Assembly (NCBI GenBank): GCA_963752255.1
Contig: CAVVXT010000012.1
Coordinates: forward strand, 228,326 to 292,325
Direction: 5' to 3'
DNA from: Nitrososphaeria archaeon
Lineage (GTDB): Archaea > Thermoproteota > Nitrososphaeria > JACIWG01
DNA length: 64,000 nucleotides
Shown: piece by piece, positions 32,229 to 41,915 of the stretch
Layout: every line of letters starts with the position of its first letter
Position numbering within the stretch: position 1 is the first letter of the stretch
Notes under the pieces: generated by a model
What the model saw: only the letters and a program-made list of their open reading frames with translations
What the model was told of the DNA's origin: nothing
Database searches by the model: none
Translations under genes and position numbers: made by a program

Positions 32229-33843
32229 ATGCCCAAGTACATTTTTGTTACTGGCGGAGTCATAAGCGGAATAGGAAAAGGTGTTGTCACAGGATCTCTT
32301 GGAAAAATTTTGCAGTCTTCCGGCATGAAAGTTTCTGCAATCAAAATAGACCCATATCTGAATATTGACGCTGGAACAATGAACCCGATTGTACACGGAG
32401 AAGTATTTGTATGCGACGACGGTGCTGAAACAGACATGGACCTCGGCACATATGAACGTTTTCTAGACAAGAACCTTTCCCGATGCAACAATATCACCAC
32501 AGGTTAAGTGTATATGAACGTCCTACAACGTGAGAGAAAAGGAAAGTATTTGGGCAAATGCGTCCAGATAATACCACACATTACTGACGAAATAAAGGCA
32601 TTGATAAGGAATACAGCGAAGAAGGACGATGCAGAAATAATGATAGTCGAGTCAGGTGGAACTGTTGGGGATATAGAAGCGCTCCCCTTTTTAGAAGCGC
32701 TTAGGGAAATGAGAATAAATGAAGGACCCAATAATACAATCTTTGTGCATGTCACTTTAGCCCCCATAATAGAAGAAGTTGGAGAACTAAAGACTAAGCC
32801 GACCCAGCATAGTGTTCAAGAACTTCGTAGAATAGGAATCCAACCGGACATAATTGTCGTTAGGGCTAAAAGACCACTTAAAGAAGGACACCGTGAGAAG
32901 ATATCTTTGTTCACGAACGTACCCAAGAATCATGTTCTATCGAGTCAAGACGTTAAATCACCCTATCTTGTGCCACAGATATTAGAAGAACAGGGTGCAT
33001 CTGAGATAATATTCGACCTTCTGAAGATACCATTCAAGAAGACCGAATTAATAAATTGGAATGATACGATAAGGGACATCACCGATTCAAAGGAAGAAGT
33101 TTGTCTAGCTATGATCGGTAAGTACACAGAGCTCTCAGACAGCTACGTATCAATAAACCATGCGTTATGTCACGCTGGCGGAGTGTTAAAATCGAAAGTA
33201 AAGATAGCGTGGACGGAATCAGAGGAATTGGAAGAGTCTGATAAAAAAGTTGAAGCGTTGAACCAATACGACGGTATAATTGTTCCAGGCGGTTTCGGAA
33301 GTAGAGGAGTGGAAGGCAAGATTCTGGCAGCAAATTATGCTAGAGTCGGAAAGATACCGTACTTGGGGCTGTGCTTTGGTTTACAGCTAGGAATCGTTTC
33401 CTTTGCCAGAAATGTGCTTAAATTCGAGGGAGCGAATTCAACTGAAATAGATACTGTGACACCATATCCCGTCATAGACCTGCTTCCAGAGCAGAAGGGA
33501 ATTGACGAATTAGGTGGAACGATGCGGCTTGGCGGACATAACATAGTAGTTAAAGAGGGGACGGAAGCGTATAAGCTCTATAACAATACAACCATTAGAG
33601 AGAGACATAGACACAGATATGAAGTCAATCCCAAATACTGGGAAGCACTCCAGAAAAGGTGGACTCATATTTTCAGGATACAGTGATGATATGAGGAGAA
33701 TCGAAATAATAGAGTTATCCGAACATCCATTCTACATGGCTTCGCAATACCATCCTGAATTCGTAAGTAGACCAGGAAAACCGGACCCTATCTTTAAAGG
33801 CTTTATTGGAGCTTGTATTGAAAGGAAAAATAGTTCAAAATAG
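32229..33843 (+). CDS. pyrG: CTP synthase (in-frame TAA at 32505 and frameshift near 33655, probably errors)
   Basis: [54 protein letters not shown] | SQYHPEF. Confidence 0.95.
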
Positions 33844-33918
33844 AAGTAGCTGACAAAGGTCAGTGAGAAGAAAAAACTTTATCACACCACCCCCTTCTAA
33901 TAGGGGATGCGTTAGAGT

Positions 33919-34806
33919 ATGTCAACAGCCGAAATTGCTGCCAACTTTCTTAAATCTCTGGAAGACAGAGATTTCAAGATACTCTACGCTCTTGAAAATA
34001 TGCTTGATTCACATCAGCAGGCAAAAGTGGACGTCTTAGTAAAGAATACCGGACTACATGGGGAGGAAGTAAAATATAGACTTTCGAGACTACAAAAAAT
34101 GGAGATGATAACAAAAGGTGAATCAGGATACAAGTTGATTTCAACTGGACTAGATGCCATAGCCCTAAAAGCTTTCGTGAAAAAGGGACTAATATCTGCT
34201 TTAGGTGGCAACGTAGGTGTAGGAAAGGAAGCAGACGTATTCGAGACAACAGACGATAGGGGAAAAGAGTATGTGATAAAGTTCTATCGAATTGGAAGGA
34301 CAAGTTTTAGGGAAGTTAAAAAGAAAAGACAGTTCATAGCAGACCGAGAAAGCGCCTCATGGCTAAAAGCGTGCATAAACGCCGCGGCAAAAGAAACGTG
34401 GGCTCTAAGAAAAGTACTTTCGGTCGGAGGCATGGTACCTGAGGCAATTGCAAGAGAGAGACACGCAATATTAATGCAGAGGATCAATGGCACATTACTG
34501 ACTAAACTAAAGAACATAGACAAACCCCTAGAAGCACTGAAGAGTATCCTGTACACCATTAAACTTGCATACGTTAATGCAGGAATCGTTAATGGAGACT
34601 TAAGTGAATACAATATACTCTACGACGGAATAGCTTTCTATTTAATAGACTGGCCTCAGGCACTAGAAGCTTCAAGCCCCGGCAGCGAAAGACTTCTGAC
34701 ACGAGATATTAAAAATATTTTAGTGTTTTTTAATAGAAAATATAATGTAAAATACCCATTTGAAACAGCCTATAAATACATCATCAAAACCGAGGCGAGT
34801 GTCTAG
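33919..34806 (+). CDS. rio2: RIO2-type serine/threonine kinase
   Basis: N-terminal wHTH, GVGKEADVF, KFYRIGRTSF, NGDLSEYNI, IDWPQ. Confidence 0.92.
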   Translation: MSTAEIAANFLKSLEDRDFKILYALENMLDSHQQAKVDVLVKNTGLHGEEVKYRLSRLQKMEMITKGESGYKLISTGLDAIALKAFVKKGLISALGGNVGVGKEADVFETTDDRGKEYVIKFYRIGRTSFREVKKKRQFIADRESASWLKACINAAAKETWALRKVLSVGGMVPEAIARERHAILMQRINGTLLTKLKNIDKPLEALKSILYTIKLAYVNAGIVNGDLSEYNILYDGIAFYLIDWPQALEASSPGSERLLTRDIKNILVFFNRKYNVKYPFETAYKYIIKTEASV

Positions 34807-36008
34807 AACAGTTGAACCTTCCTTTCGCGTATTATTTTCGTTATTCCACGGACATCAGAGAGTTCGGCGGACAGTATGCTTTCAACTTCATCTTTAACAT
34901 CACAGAAGTGGGAACCTTCTTCCATCCTCAACCCTACACTTGCAACTATCGGTTCAGAAATAGGATTACCTATCCTACTAAGTAATCTTACATAGACTTC
35001 ACGTACGCCCTTAACTTCTTTAACTATCTTTTCTGCCGTAATTTGAGCCAATGCGTTATATATCTTACCTGTATGTATAGTGGGATTTTTGCCTGCTGTA
35101 GCTTCCATAGAATACATTCTCATAGGGGAGATTAACCCAGTCACACGATTACCTCTACCGGTGTTGCCATCATCCCCTGACTCCGCAGAGGTCCCGGTGA
35201 CAGTAAGATAGAAGCTGTTGTTCTTATAGTTGTCTGCATTATTTATCTTAATCGAAATGTTCAGAGGAGAGGTTGAAAACTTGTCAAGAAGCTTCTCCCG
35301 GACATCTGAAACTACGCTTATGTAATGATCCTTGTCCGGAATGTACCTGTCAACCATAGCCATGGCAACGGTGACATCAAGATTTTTCTCTCTTCTCATC
35401 GACATTACTTTAATATCCTCACCGACTTCGGGGAACTGTTTTTTGGTAGAGTCCAAGTTCAGATATTTTTCTATACCTAAAGTTATATTCTCCGTCTCAG
35501 AAAAGGGCGCGAAGCCAACTCCTATGGACGTATCGTTCGCAATACCCTTCTCTGAAAGAAAAGTAAGATCTTTAGAAGGGTTCCTTATTTTAAAGCTTAT
35601 ATTAACATCTTTGTCAACGTTCAAGTTCCGTATCGTACATTTGATGAAATCCACGATAGCTTTTCTAGCGATGTCTCCGACGGGAATCGAACTTTCTTTA
35701 CCATTGAAAACATATCTGCTCACCGCCCTGCCAGCAACTATGATACAGATCGGGCTGATAATTTTACCACCGCCAAACTTTGGTTGAGATTCACCACCGA
35801 CCAGCAAGCCCTTATCCACGTTGTGATGAAGAATCTTCCCAAAATTTTTTTCATAATAATCACAAAGGGCCAAAGATACAGACTCGCAACTGCCGTCAAT
35901 CAAAGTATCGGGATGGCCTAAACCTTTCCGTTCGACGATTTCGACTTCTTGTTCGGAAACAGGTGTTCCCTTTAACTCTTCAGCATGTATGAACCGTTTA
36001 AGGGACAT
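34803..36008 (-). CDS. mat: Archaeal S-adenosylmethionine synthetase
   Basis: EIVERKGLGHPD, HHNVDK, ANDTS, GEDIKVM, SAESGDDG..GRGNR, EATAGKNP. Confidence 0.96.
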   Translation of the reverse strand: MSLKRFIHAEELKGTPVSEQEVEIVERKGLGHPDTLIDGSCESVSLALCDYYEKNFGKILHHNVDKGLLVGGESQPKFGGGKIISPICIIVAGRAVSRYVFNGKESSIPVGDIARKAIVDFIKCTIRNLNVDKDVNISFKIRNPSKDLTFLSEKGIANDTSIGVGFAPFSETENITLGIEKYLNLDSTKKQFPEVGEDIKVMSMRREKNLDVTVAMAMVDRYIPDKDHYISVVSDVREKLLDKFSTSPLNISIKINNADNYKNNSFYLTVTGTSAESGDDGNTGRGNRVTGLISPMRMYSMEATAGKNPTIHTGKIYNALAQITAEKIVKEVKGVREVYVRLLSRIGNPISEPIVASVGLRMEEGSHFCDVKDEVESILSAELSDVRGITKIIRERKVQLF

Positions 36009-36020
36009 ATCATACTCGCC

Positions 36021-36272
36021 CTAAATATTTGAACTATTCTTAATACCTACAAAAAGGACGTTATTTCCCCGTATAATAACAGTGCCATAATTCGCAACCT
36101 GCTGTCCTTCACTGAATTCTTTAGTTCCATCGAGTATCATATTCATATAGATGTCTACGTTAACCATTTTTCCGTGATATTCGATGTTGCTCTTCAAGCG
36201 GACAACGACATCCTTATCAAGCATCTTTTGAAGTATATTTAATGGTTTTTTAGGCTGGATAGACATACTCAT
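36021..36272 (-). CDS. Sm/Lsm-like RNA-binding protein
   Basis: VVVRLKS..EYHGKM..VD.YMNMIL...YG..IIRGNNV. Confidence 0.93.
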   Translation of the reverse strand: MSMSIQPKKPLNILQKMLDKDVVVRLKSNIEYHGKMVNVDIYMNMILDGTKEFSEGQQVANYGTVIIRGNNVLFVGIKNSSNI

Positions 36273-36388
36273 ACATCGTTATGATAGCTACCTTTTAAAC
36301 ATTCAAATAAAAACCTTATCATCATTCATCGCATAATGGACATGTGACAATTGTAAAAGGAAGATCATCCGCGGACACATGTATATAA

Positions 36389-37153
36389 TTAACGCGCGGC
36401 ATTCAAATGCTCATCTAATGTTTCAACATAAGGTTTTAAGATAATGAGACGAGACAGCGCCTTCAAATCGAGCCTCTTAAACACATAACCTTTTTTGTTT
36501 AAAAGGGAAGTTGCAGACCTTGTTATTGAAGGGGCACAAAGTATACCCCTAAATTTCCCAGGTTGATTTTTAATATATCTGTCAAGCTGCTTAACAGCAT
36601 CGATGCCAGCAAGCCGCCTTTTCACCTCGATCAAAACGTAGTTTCCACTTAAGTCTACTCCAGTGAAATCTGGAATGCCTGACCATATAGCCTTTTGCTT
36701 AGATATCAGCTTCAACCCCTTTTCAATAAAGTCGGGATTAGAATAGAGAATGTCGTAGAAAGTTTTCTCAGTCGGACCCATCAAAAATTTAACATCATCA
36801 ACGGGTAAAGACGACATCAAAACATACACTTTTTCAAAGACCATCTTTAAAAACTCCTTTGGCTTCCTACGTTCTGATAGAACCATTATCGTATTATTTA
36901 CCAAACTACACTTTATCACACAGCCACGAGGCTGCCAATTTACAGGTTCATGTCCATTACGCCTATGAACAATGACCGAGCCGTCTTCTTTGACTATGAG
37001 TAGACGTTCCCCAAATCCCAGATACGAAGAACTCCTGCCAATATATTCGACGCTAAAAAGGCCTAAGCAGACAATAAATTTTTTTGCTCTCAGCGACTCT
37101 TCCATAAAGCTTACCGCCTTTTCTAATAAGGGATAAAAAACAATATTAACCAT
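36389..37153 (-). CDS. nucS: Endonuclease NucS/EndoMS
   Basis: Y.GRSSS, LLIVKEDGSVIVH, PVNWQP, D..G.D..G..VLIEVKR, AVKQLDRY. Confidence 0.93.
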   Translation of the reverse strand: MVNIVFYPLLEKAVSFMEESLRAKKFIVCLGLFSVEYIGRSSSYLGFGERLLIVKEDGSVIVHRRNGHEPVNWQPRGCVIKCSLVNNTIMVLSERRKPKEFLKMVFEKVYVLMSSLPVDDVKFLMGPTEKTFYDILYSNPDFIEKGLKLISKQKAIWSGIPDFTGVDLSGNYVLIEVKRRLAGIDAVKQLDRYIKNQPGKFRGILCAPSITRSATSLLNKKGYVFKRLDLKALSRLIILKPYVETLDEHLNAAR

Positions 37154-37197
37154 GTGACAAGGCTTATCCTATAATAGAAAATAAACATTAAGAAAGA

Positions 37198-37273
37198 GGG
37201 CTCGTGGCCAAGCACGGATCAAGGCATCAGCCTCCGAAGCTGGGGATCGTGGGTTCAAATCCCACCGGGCCCG
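37198..37273 (+). tRNA. tRNA-Arg(CCG), intron-less, CCA not encoded
   Basis: Acceptor GGGCTCG/CGGGCCC, anticodon arm TCAGC-CTCCGAA-GCTGG, T arm GTGGG-TTCAAAT-CCCAC. Confidence 0.95.
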
Positions 37274-37317
37274 CACCCAATTCTTCTCTGTTCATTATTT
37301 ACAAGTAAATTAATGCA

Positions 37318-37336
37318 CGAATCCCACCCCCCGCAC
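37318..37336 (+). mobile_element. tRNA 3'-end fragment (att-like relic, resembles archaeal tRNA-Leu 3' end)
   Basis: CGAATCCCACCCCCCGCAC = T-loop end + CCCAC + CCCCCGC + A, in AT-rich sequence 45 bp after tRNA-Arg. Confidence 0.55.
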
Positions 37337-37399
37337 TATAATTTATTTTAATCATCATACTCTATGTTCAACTCTTTCCTGACTAAAACTCGATAATAT

Positions 37400-37980
37400 C
37401 TTTCCATCCCATATCTGAACTTTTTTAACTAAAGCACTATCGAATTCTCATCTTCTGTAAATCCAAAGCAATCTGCAAATATTTCATCAATCTGATCGAT
37501 GATACTCTTTGATTTAGATGGAATTATCTCCTTTATCTTTATAGCATCTTTACCAGATCGCACATTAATCTTAATGTTAGAAGTTTTATCATAACTTTAC
37601 ATCAGATCGTTTACCAATAATTTGAGTCGCATCTTACTGTCTTTTGAGAAATTTGTAATATCGATTCGTTCAGTCCACTTACAAATTAACTAAGAAAGAC
37701 TTTCTACCTACAACGGGACAAAAACAATAGATCAGATAATAGAATCATAAAACGTGTTCAGATCTGCTCGAACACTCCATGTAAAAATTCGAGAAACAAG
37801 AATACTCTGCTACCTTCTGAATTTGCCCGCATCCACCTAATATAAAATAACCTTTACCGAATTTGTTAAGGAAAAAACTGCTGACCAGCGTTGATAAATT
37901 CTGTTCAGACAGATATTTTTTTGCATAATTAGCGCTAATAGTCCGCTGATCTGCTCGGACAGATGCCCCTGTGTTCAATT
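37400..37980 (-). pseudogene. Remnant of the C-terminus of a type IIG/Eco57I-like restriction-modification enzyme
   Basis: Hand translation ...RLKLLVNDLM*SYDKTS...IKEIIPSKSKSIIDQIDEIFADCFGFTEDE resembles the SK.IID.ID...A..YGFT.EE tail of these enzymes; internal stop. Boundaries approximate. Confidence 0.5.
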
Positions 37981-38155
37981 GATTATCATCTTGCTCTCAT
38001 GCAGAGCGCATTTAAGTTGAACAGAAAAAAAGAGTTAGCGCTAAATATTTTGTCTAAAAATCGGTTGAACAGAACATAATTGCACACAGATGACCTGTTG
38101 TAAAACCTTAACAGATTCGGTAAAGGCTCTTTAAAAGTGAACCTAAAACAAAGCT

Positions 38156-38776
38156 GTGTACTATGCAATTGGAATGCTCGGGGTAAGGCAGGATAGAGTT
38201 GAGCATACGATCGATATGAAATACATTGGCGAACAGGATACCATGACGATGGGTTGGAGTACGGTCCTCCTGGAGTCTAAGGAAGGAACCCGGATTTCTA
38301 TAAACTGCATGACTTTACACCTGAGAGAAATACAGCTCCAGCCTGGCGAGCTTTTCGATGTCCTTGTAGACAAAATGGATCACGCGGTGTGGATGCTGGA
38401 AAGAATGAAAAAAGAACGATATGTGGATGTAGCTCCAGGGGAAAATGTAAGTGACAAGATAGAAAGGTTGCACAAATCATGGAACCAAATGCCCTTCCAT
38501 GAAGATAATTTACCCAAAGAGGAGACTAAAGAGGCTGAACCGCCGAGCGCTCCGCCTGAAACTGTGCAACCTGTAAACAACCTCACTCTTGTTGCGAAGC
38601 TTCCCGATGTTAAGGAAGAAAAAAGTGAAACTACTGCGGTCATAGAAAGAGCAAAGAACAAATTACCAGAGGAACAAGAAATAGAAAAATCAGTTAAGGA
38701 AGGAAAGGAAGGGGAAAAGGGAAAGGCTACTGAAGGAAAAAAGCAGAAATTTGATAACGTAGATGAAAGAAGATGA
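38156..38776 (+). CDS. Hypothetical protein (beta-rich N-terminus, charged low-complexity C-terminus)
   Basis: 206-aa ORF with purine-rich coding bias; no family recognised. Confidence 0.55.
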   Translation: MYYAIGMLGVRQDRVEHTIDMKYIGEQDTMTMGWSTVLLESKEGTRISINCMTLHLREIQLQPGELFDVLVDKMDHAVWMLERMKKERYVDVAPGENVSDKIERLHKSWNQMPFHEDNLPKEETKEAEPPSAPPETVQPVNNLTLVAKLPDVKEEKSETTAVIERAKNKLPEEQEIEKSVKEGKEGEKGKATEGKKQKFDNVDERR

Positions 38777-38799
38777 GCGACAAAAAAATAATGAAACGT

Positions 38800-38820
38800 C
38801 TGTTGACGGCCCGTCAACAG
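38800..38820. repeat. Perfect 21-bp inverted repeat
   Basis: CTGTTGACGG-C-CCGTCAACAG, followed by an A-run. Confidence 0.9.
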
Positions 38821-39191
38821 AAAAAAAAGATGAAAAATTGATAGAAAAGCAGAAGAAACATAAAAATTTTAGCTAGACGATTACAGATCTTCAAAGGCTA
38901 CGGGATTTCACAGTTGAAAATTTACGTTATAGAGAATTTTGAGTATAGAAATTGAATCCCGAATATTGGAGGAATGAAGTCGGACCACAACTTGTAGCAG
39001 CGTTCTCCGACTGGCATCATGTGAAGTGCGAAAGATAAAGGAAGAACTTCTAGTATACTTAATTTTCTTTACCGAATTAAATATAGCGGAATCCAAATTA
39101 CGGTCCAAAAAAAGTTGAACTGCCAGACCCCTTTATTGATTGGATCAAGAGGTTCTCCAACGAAAAGGGTTTAAAGGAGTTCTCAGCTAAA

Positions 39192-39530
39192 ATGTTGAAC
39201 CTTGGAATAATGGATGATGCGACATGCGATATCGTCATGCGGAGGATCGAATCCAAGATCGGACCGAAGATAGAAATTCCGAGTATAGATGTAAAGGATA
39301 CGGAGAGGCTCAAAATAATTTATCAGGTCAAAATTATGCCGTCTTTTGGCCAATGGGTCAAGGTTATCGAAAAATATGGCAAAAAGTCAAAGGGCATCGT
39401 TTTCAAATCCACTCAGGGGTTTACGGACTTCCTAAAGAGGATGGAGGCAGGAGACTACCTTAAAGTCTACAGGGAACCATCCGGGATAAGGATAGAATTA
39501 ACTGAAAAGGGATTAAGGGCTATAGAGTAA
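39192..39530 (+). CDS. Hypothetical protein with wHTH-like C-terminus, possibly 5'-truncated
   Basis: FTDFLKRMEAGDYLKV...IELTEKG wing motif; the frame stays open for about 35 codons upstream of the ATG, back to a TAG. Confidence 0.5.
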   Translation: MLNLGIMDDATCDIVMRRIESKIGPKIEIPSIDVKDTERLKIIYQVKIMPSFGQWVKVIEKYGKKSKGIVFKSTQGFTDFLKRMEAGDYLKVYREPSGIRIELTEKGLRAIE

Positions 39531-39610
39531 AGCCCCAGACAAATACCAGATGGAAGTCTTAGGGTATAGTATAGGGCACTGTGCAAAAACTAACTTGCCA
39601 GATGGAAGAA

Positions 39611-39692
39611 AATCTGACACTTTTTCTGACACGTTATCTGACATAAATCTGATAAAAATCTGACGTTAATCTGACACAAACCTATCCTGACA
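39611..39692 (+). repeat. Phased direct-repeat array (TCTGAC core), iteron/centromere-like
   Basis: TCTGA starts at 39613, 39625, 39637, 39648, 39659, 39670 (spacing 12,12,11,11,11), plus CCTGACA at 39686. CCAGATGGAAG occurs twice just upstream (39546, 39598). Confidence 0.85.
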
Positions 39693-39908
39693 AACAATAT
39701 CCCTTCAAGGATAATCGGATGCAACTTATTAATTTATTAAAAAAGTCTCTGCAAGCCAATTTATTAGCTCTTGGAAAGCTCTGTTCAGCCAGCGTCAATA
39801 GTTAGGTAGAACGATTTCTTTAAGGATTTTTTTCTTATGTCATAGACTTCAAAGATACCTGACTATTATTCTACCTCTTCCAGTAATCTGTGATTTAGGT
39901 GGTTTATT

Positions 39909-40298
39909 TTAAAACATCCAGTCCTGGATTTTCAGCAGGCCAGGCCTCGCAACATCAGCCTTTCCATCTTCGTTAACTATTATAAGCCCGACAGGAAGCT
40001 TTATGGCACTTATTACTGGCTTGAGCTTGCTTAAGAAGGGGTAGTCGTGTGGAGCTGCAATATAAGTTGGAACTTTGTTCCAGACACAGTTCTCCAGGCA
40101 GTGGCCTAGCTTCGTATAATATTCCTCCGAGTCTTCATCGCATAAAACCTGAATATGGCAAGATTGCTTATAGTTAAAACTATAGCTGTCTTCAATATCG
40201 TAGACCCCTATTTCTCCTCGATCAGCCCTGACAACTTTGTTGGGGAATAAATTGTTGAACAGTTTTGAAACTGCCTGTGAAATCTCTTCTTCACGCAT
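39909..40298 (-). CDS. Hypothetical protein, possible degenerate PD-(D/E)XK nuclease fold
   Basis: 129-aa ORF with N-terminal REEEI helix and C-terminal TYIAAP...LPVGLIIVNEDG. Confidence 0.55.
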   Translation of the reverse strand: MREEEISQAVSKLFNNLFPNKVVRADRGEIGVYDIEDSYSFNYKQSCHIQVLCDEDSEEYYTKLGHCLENCVWNKVPTYIAAPHDYPFLSKLKPVISAIKLPVGLIIVNEDGKADVARPGLLKIQDWMF

Positions 40299-40460
40299 GT
40301 TAAGTCACCCTAACAACACCGTAATACAGGAGGGAACAAGATAAAGCCATTGCCCGTTAACAGTTTAGCAGGTATTTAATCTTTTATCAGCCTTTAGGGT
40401 GAAAAAAATTGGATTAACGTAAAAAAATGTAATAATAAGAAAAAAAGTGGTTGGAAATCG

Positions 40461-41915
40461 CTATCTCTGCAACGTCTTAACAAGTTCCTTCTTGTGGTCG
40501 TATATCTTCACGCTTAGAGGCATCTGCCCGATTGCGAAGTGTGTCGCACACCCGAAGCAGGGGTCGTAAGCCCTAAAAGCCATCTCCACTTTATTTAAAA
40601 TCCCCTGATCCGCCACGCCTCCGTGAATCAAACCCTTAGCAGCATCCCTTATAGACATGCATATCGCTGGATAATTGTTCGTTGTGGCCACTATCATGTT
40701 AACATCCTTGATCAGCGCATCCTTGTCCAGAACGTAGTGATGGAACAGTGTTCCTCTTGCCGCTTCAACGACACCCACGCCTTCGCCTGGTTCCCCCGGT
40801 TTGTTCCTTACGCTCTTGCTTGTAATCTCCGGGTCTCTGCTCAGCTCCAGCGCTCTCTCGGTTGCGTATAAAAGCTCGATCAATCTCGCCCAATGGAAAA
40901 CTAATGTTCCGTGCACGGGCTTGCATCCAAGGGTCTTGTACATCTCCCCATACTCGGCCTGAGCTAAAGGTGTTGCCATACCATTTGACGCATTAAGTCG
41001 ACCGAGCGGTCCAACGCGGTAGATTCCACTGCCTTCTCCGCAGGTCAAGCCCTTCCAGCCCACCTTCTTAAGGTACGGGAATTTCGCGTAGGTCCATTTA
41101 TCGACGTGTTCGCCGACATTCGTCAAGTAATCCTCAGGCTCAAACTTTAAGAATTCATTACCTTTCGGGTCGACGACTCTGATCCTTCCATCATAGAAGT
41201 TGACTTTGTTGTTCTCGTCAACTGTCCCCATGTAGTATGTCCTCATTGTGTAGGCGTCGCTCTTGATCATGTCTACATACTCGCTGTTCCCAAGGACAAC
41301 ATCGTGGAACAGCTTCAGCGTGAACTTTGCAAACTCCAAGGATGAAGCAGCCATCTTTTCGATCTCAGCCCTCTTTTCTTCACTTAAGGGCTTGGATATT
41401 CCGCCAGGTAAACCGCAGACAGGGTGAGTTGCCTTCCCGCCTAAAATCTCGGTTATCTTCTGCCCATATGCCCTGTGCTTAATAACCTCTTTTGCAACGT
41501 CCATGCCGACCTTCTCGATCACCCCCAGTATGTTCCTCTTGCCCGGTGGCGCGTCAGGGCCAACAATAAAGTCTGGGCCTCCGAGGTAGTAGAAATGCAG
41601 GATGTGATCGTAAATAATGTAACCGGAATACATGAGTTCTCTGAGCTTCTTGGCTGCAGGAGGAGGCTCAACGTTGAACGCAGCATCCAAAGCTTTGGTC
41701 GCTGCTATGTGATGGGCTGTTGGGCAGACTCCGCATATTCTAGAAGTCAGAATCGGCATGAGCTCAGCTCTTCTTCCAACACAGAACTGCTCAAATCCCC
41801 TGAGCTCTGGAACCTTCAAGTAGGCGTCCTCCACTTCGCCTGCATCGTTGAGGAATATCGAAATGTTTCCGTGACCTTCAAGCCTTGTTATAGGGTCTAT
41901 AACCATTTCCTTCAT
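40461..41915 (-). CDS. mvhA: [NiFe]-hydrogenase large subunit, group 3c (MvhA)
   Basis: IDPITRLEGH, RICGVC (L1), EAARGTLFHHY, RAYDPCFGCATH (L2) plus C-terminal extension. Confidence 0.95.
   Translation of the reverse strand: MKEMVIDPITRLEGHGNISIFLNDAGEVEDAYLKVPELRGFEQFCVGRRAELMPILTSRICGVCPTAHHIAATKALDAAFNVEPPPAAKKLRELMYSGYIIYDHILHFYYLGGPDFIVGPDAPPGKRNILGVIEKVGMDVAKEVIKHRAYGQKITEILGGKATHPVCGLPGGISKPLSEEKRAEIEKMAASSLEFAKFTLKLFHDVVLGNSEYVDMIKSDAYTMRTYYMGTVDENNKVNFYDGRIRVVDPKGNEFLKFEPEDYLTNVGEHVDKWTYAKFPYLKKVGWKGLTCGEGSGIYRVGPLGRLNASNGMATPLAQAEYGEMYKTLGCKPVHGTLVFHWARLIELLYATERALELSRDPEITSKSVRNKPGEPGEGVGVVEAARGTLFHHYVLDKDALIKDVNMIVATTNNYPAICMSIRDAAKGLIHGGVADQGILNKVEMAFRAYDPCFGCATHFAIGQMPLSVKIYDHKKELVKTLQR

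Noticed and set aside
36300-36345. ATGATGA (C-box-like) on the minus strand upstream of the Lsm gene as a C/D sRNA
   Set aside because: No matching CTGA D box at a suitable distance; the region looks like the Lsm promoter.
39611-39692. Repeat array as a CRISPR
   Set aside because: Units are 11-12 bp with no 30-40-bp unique spacers, and there are no cas genes in the window.
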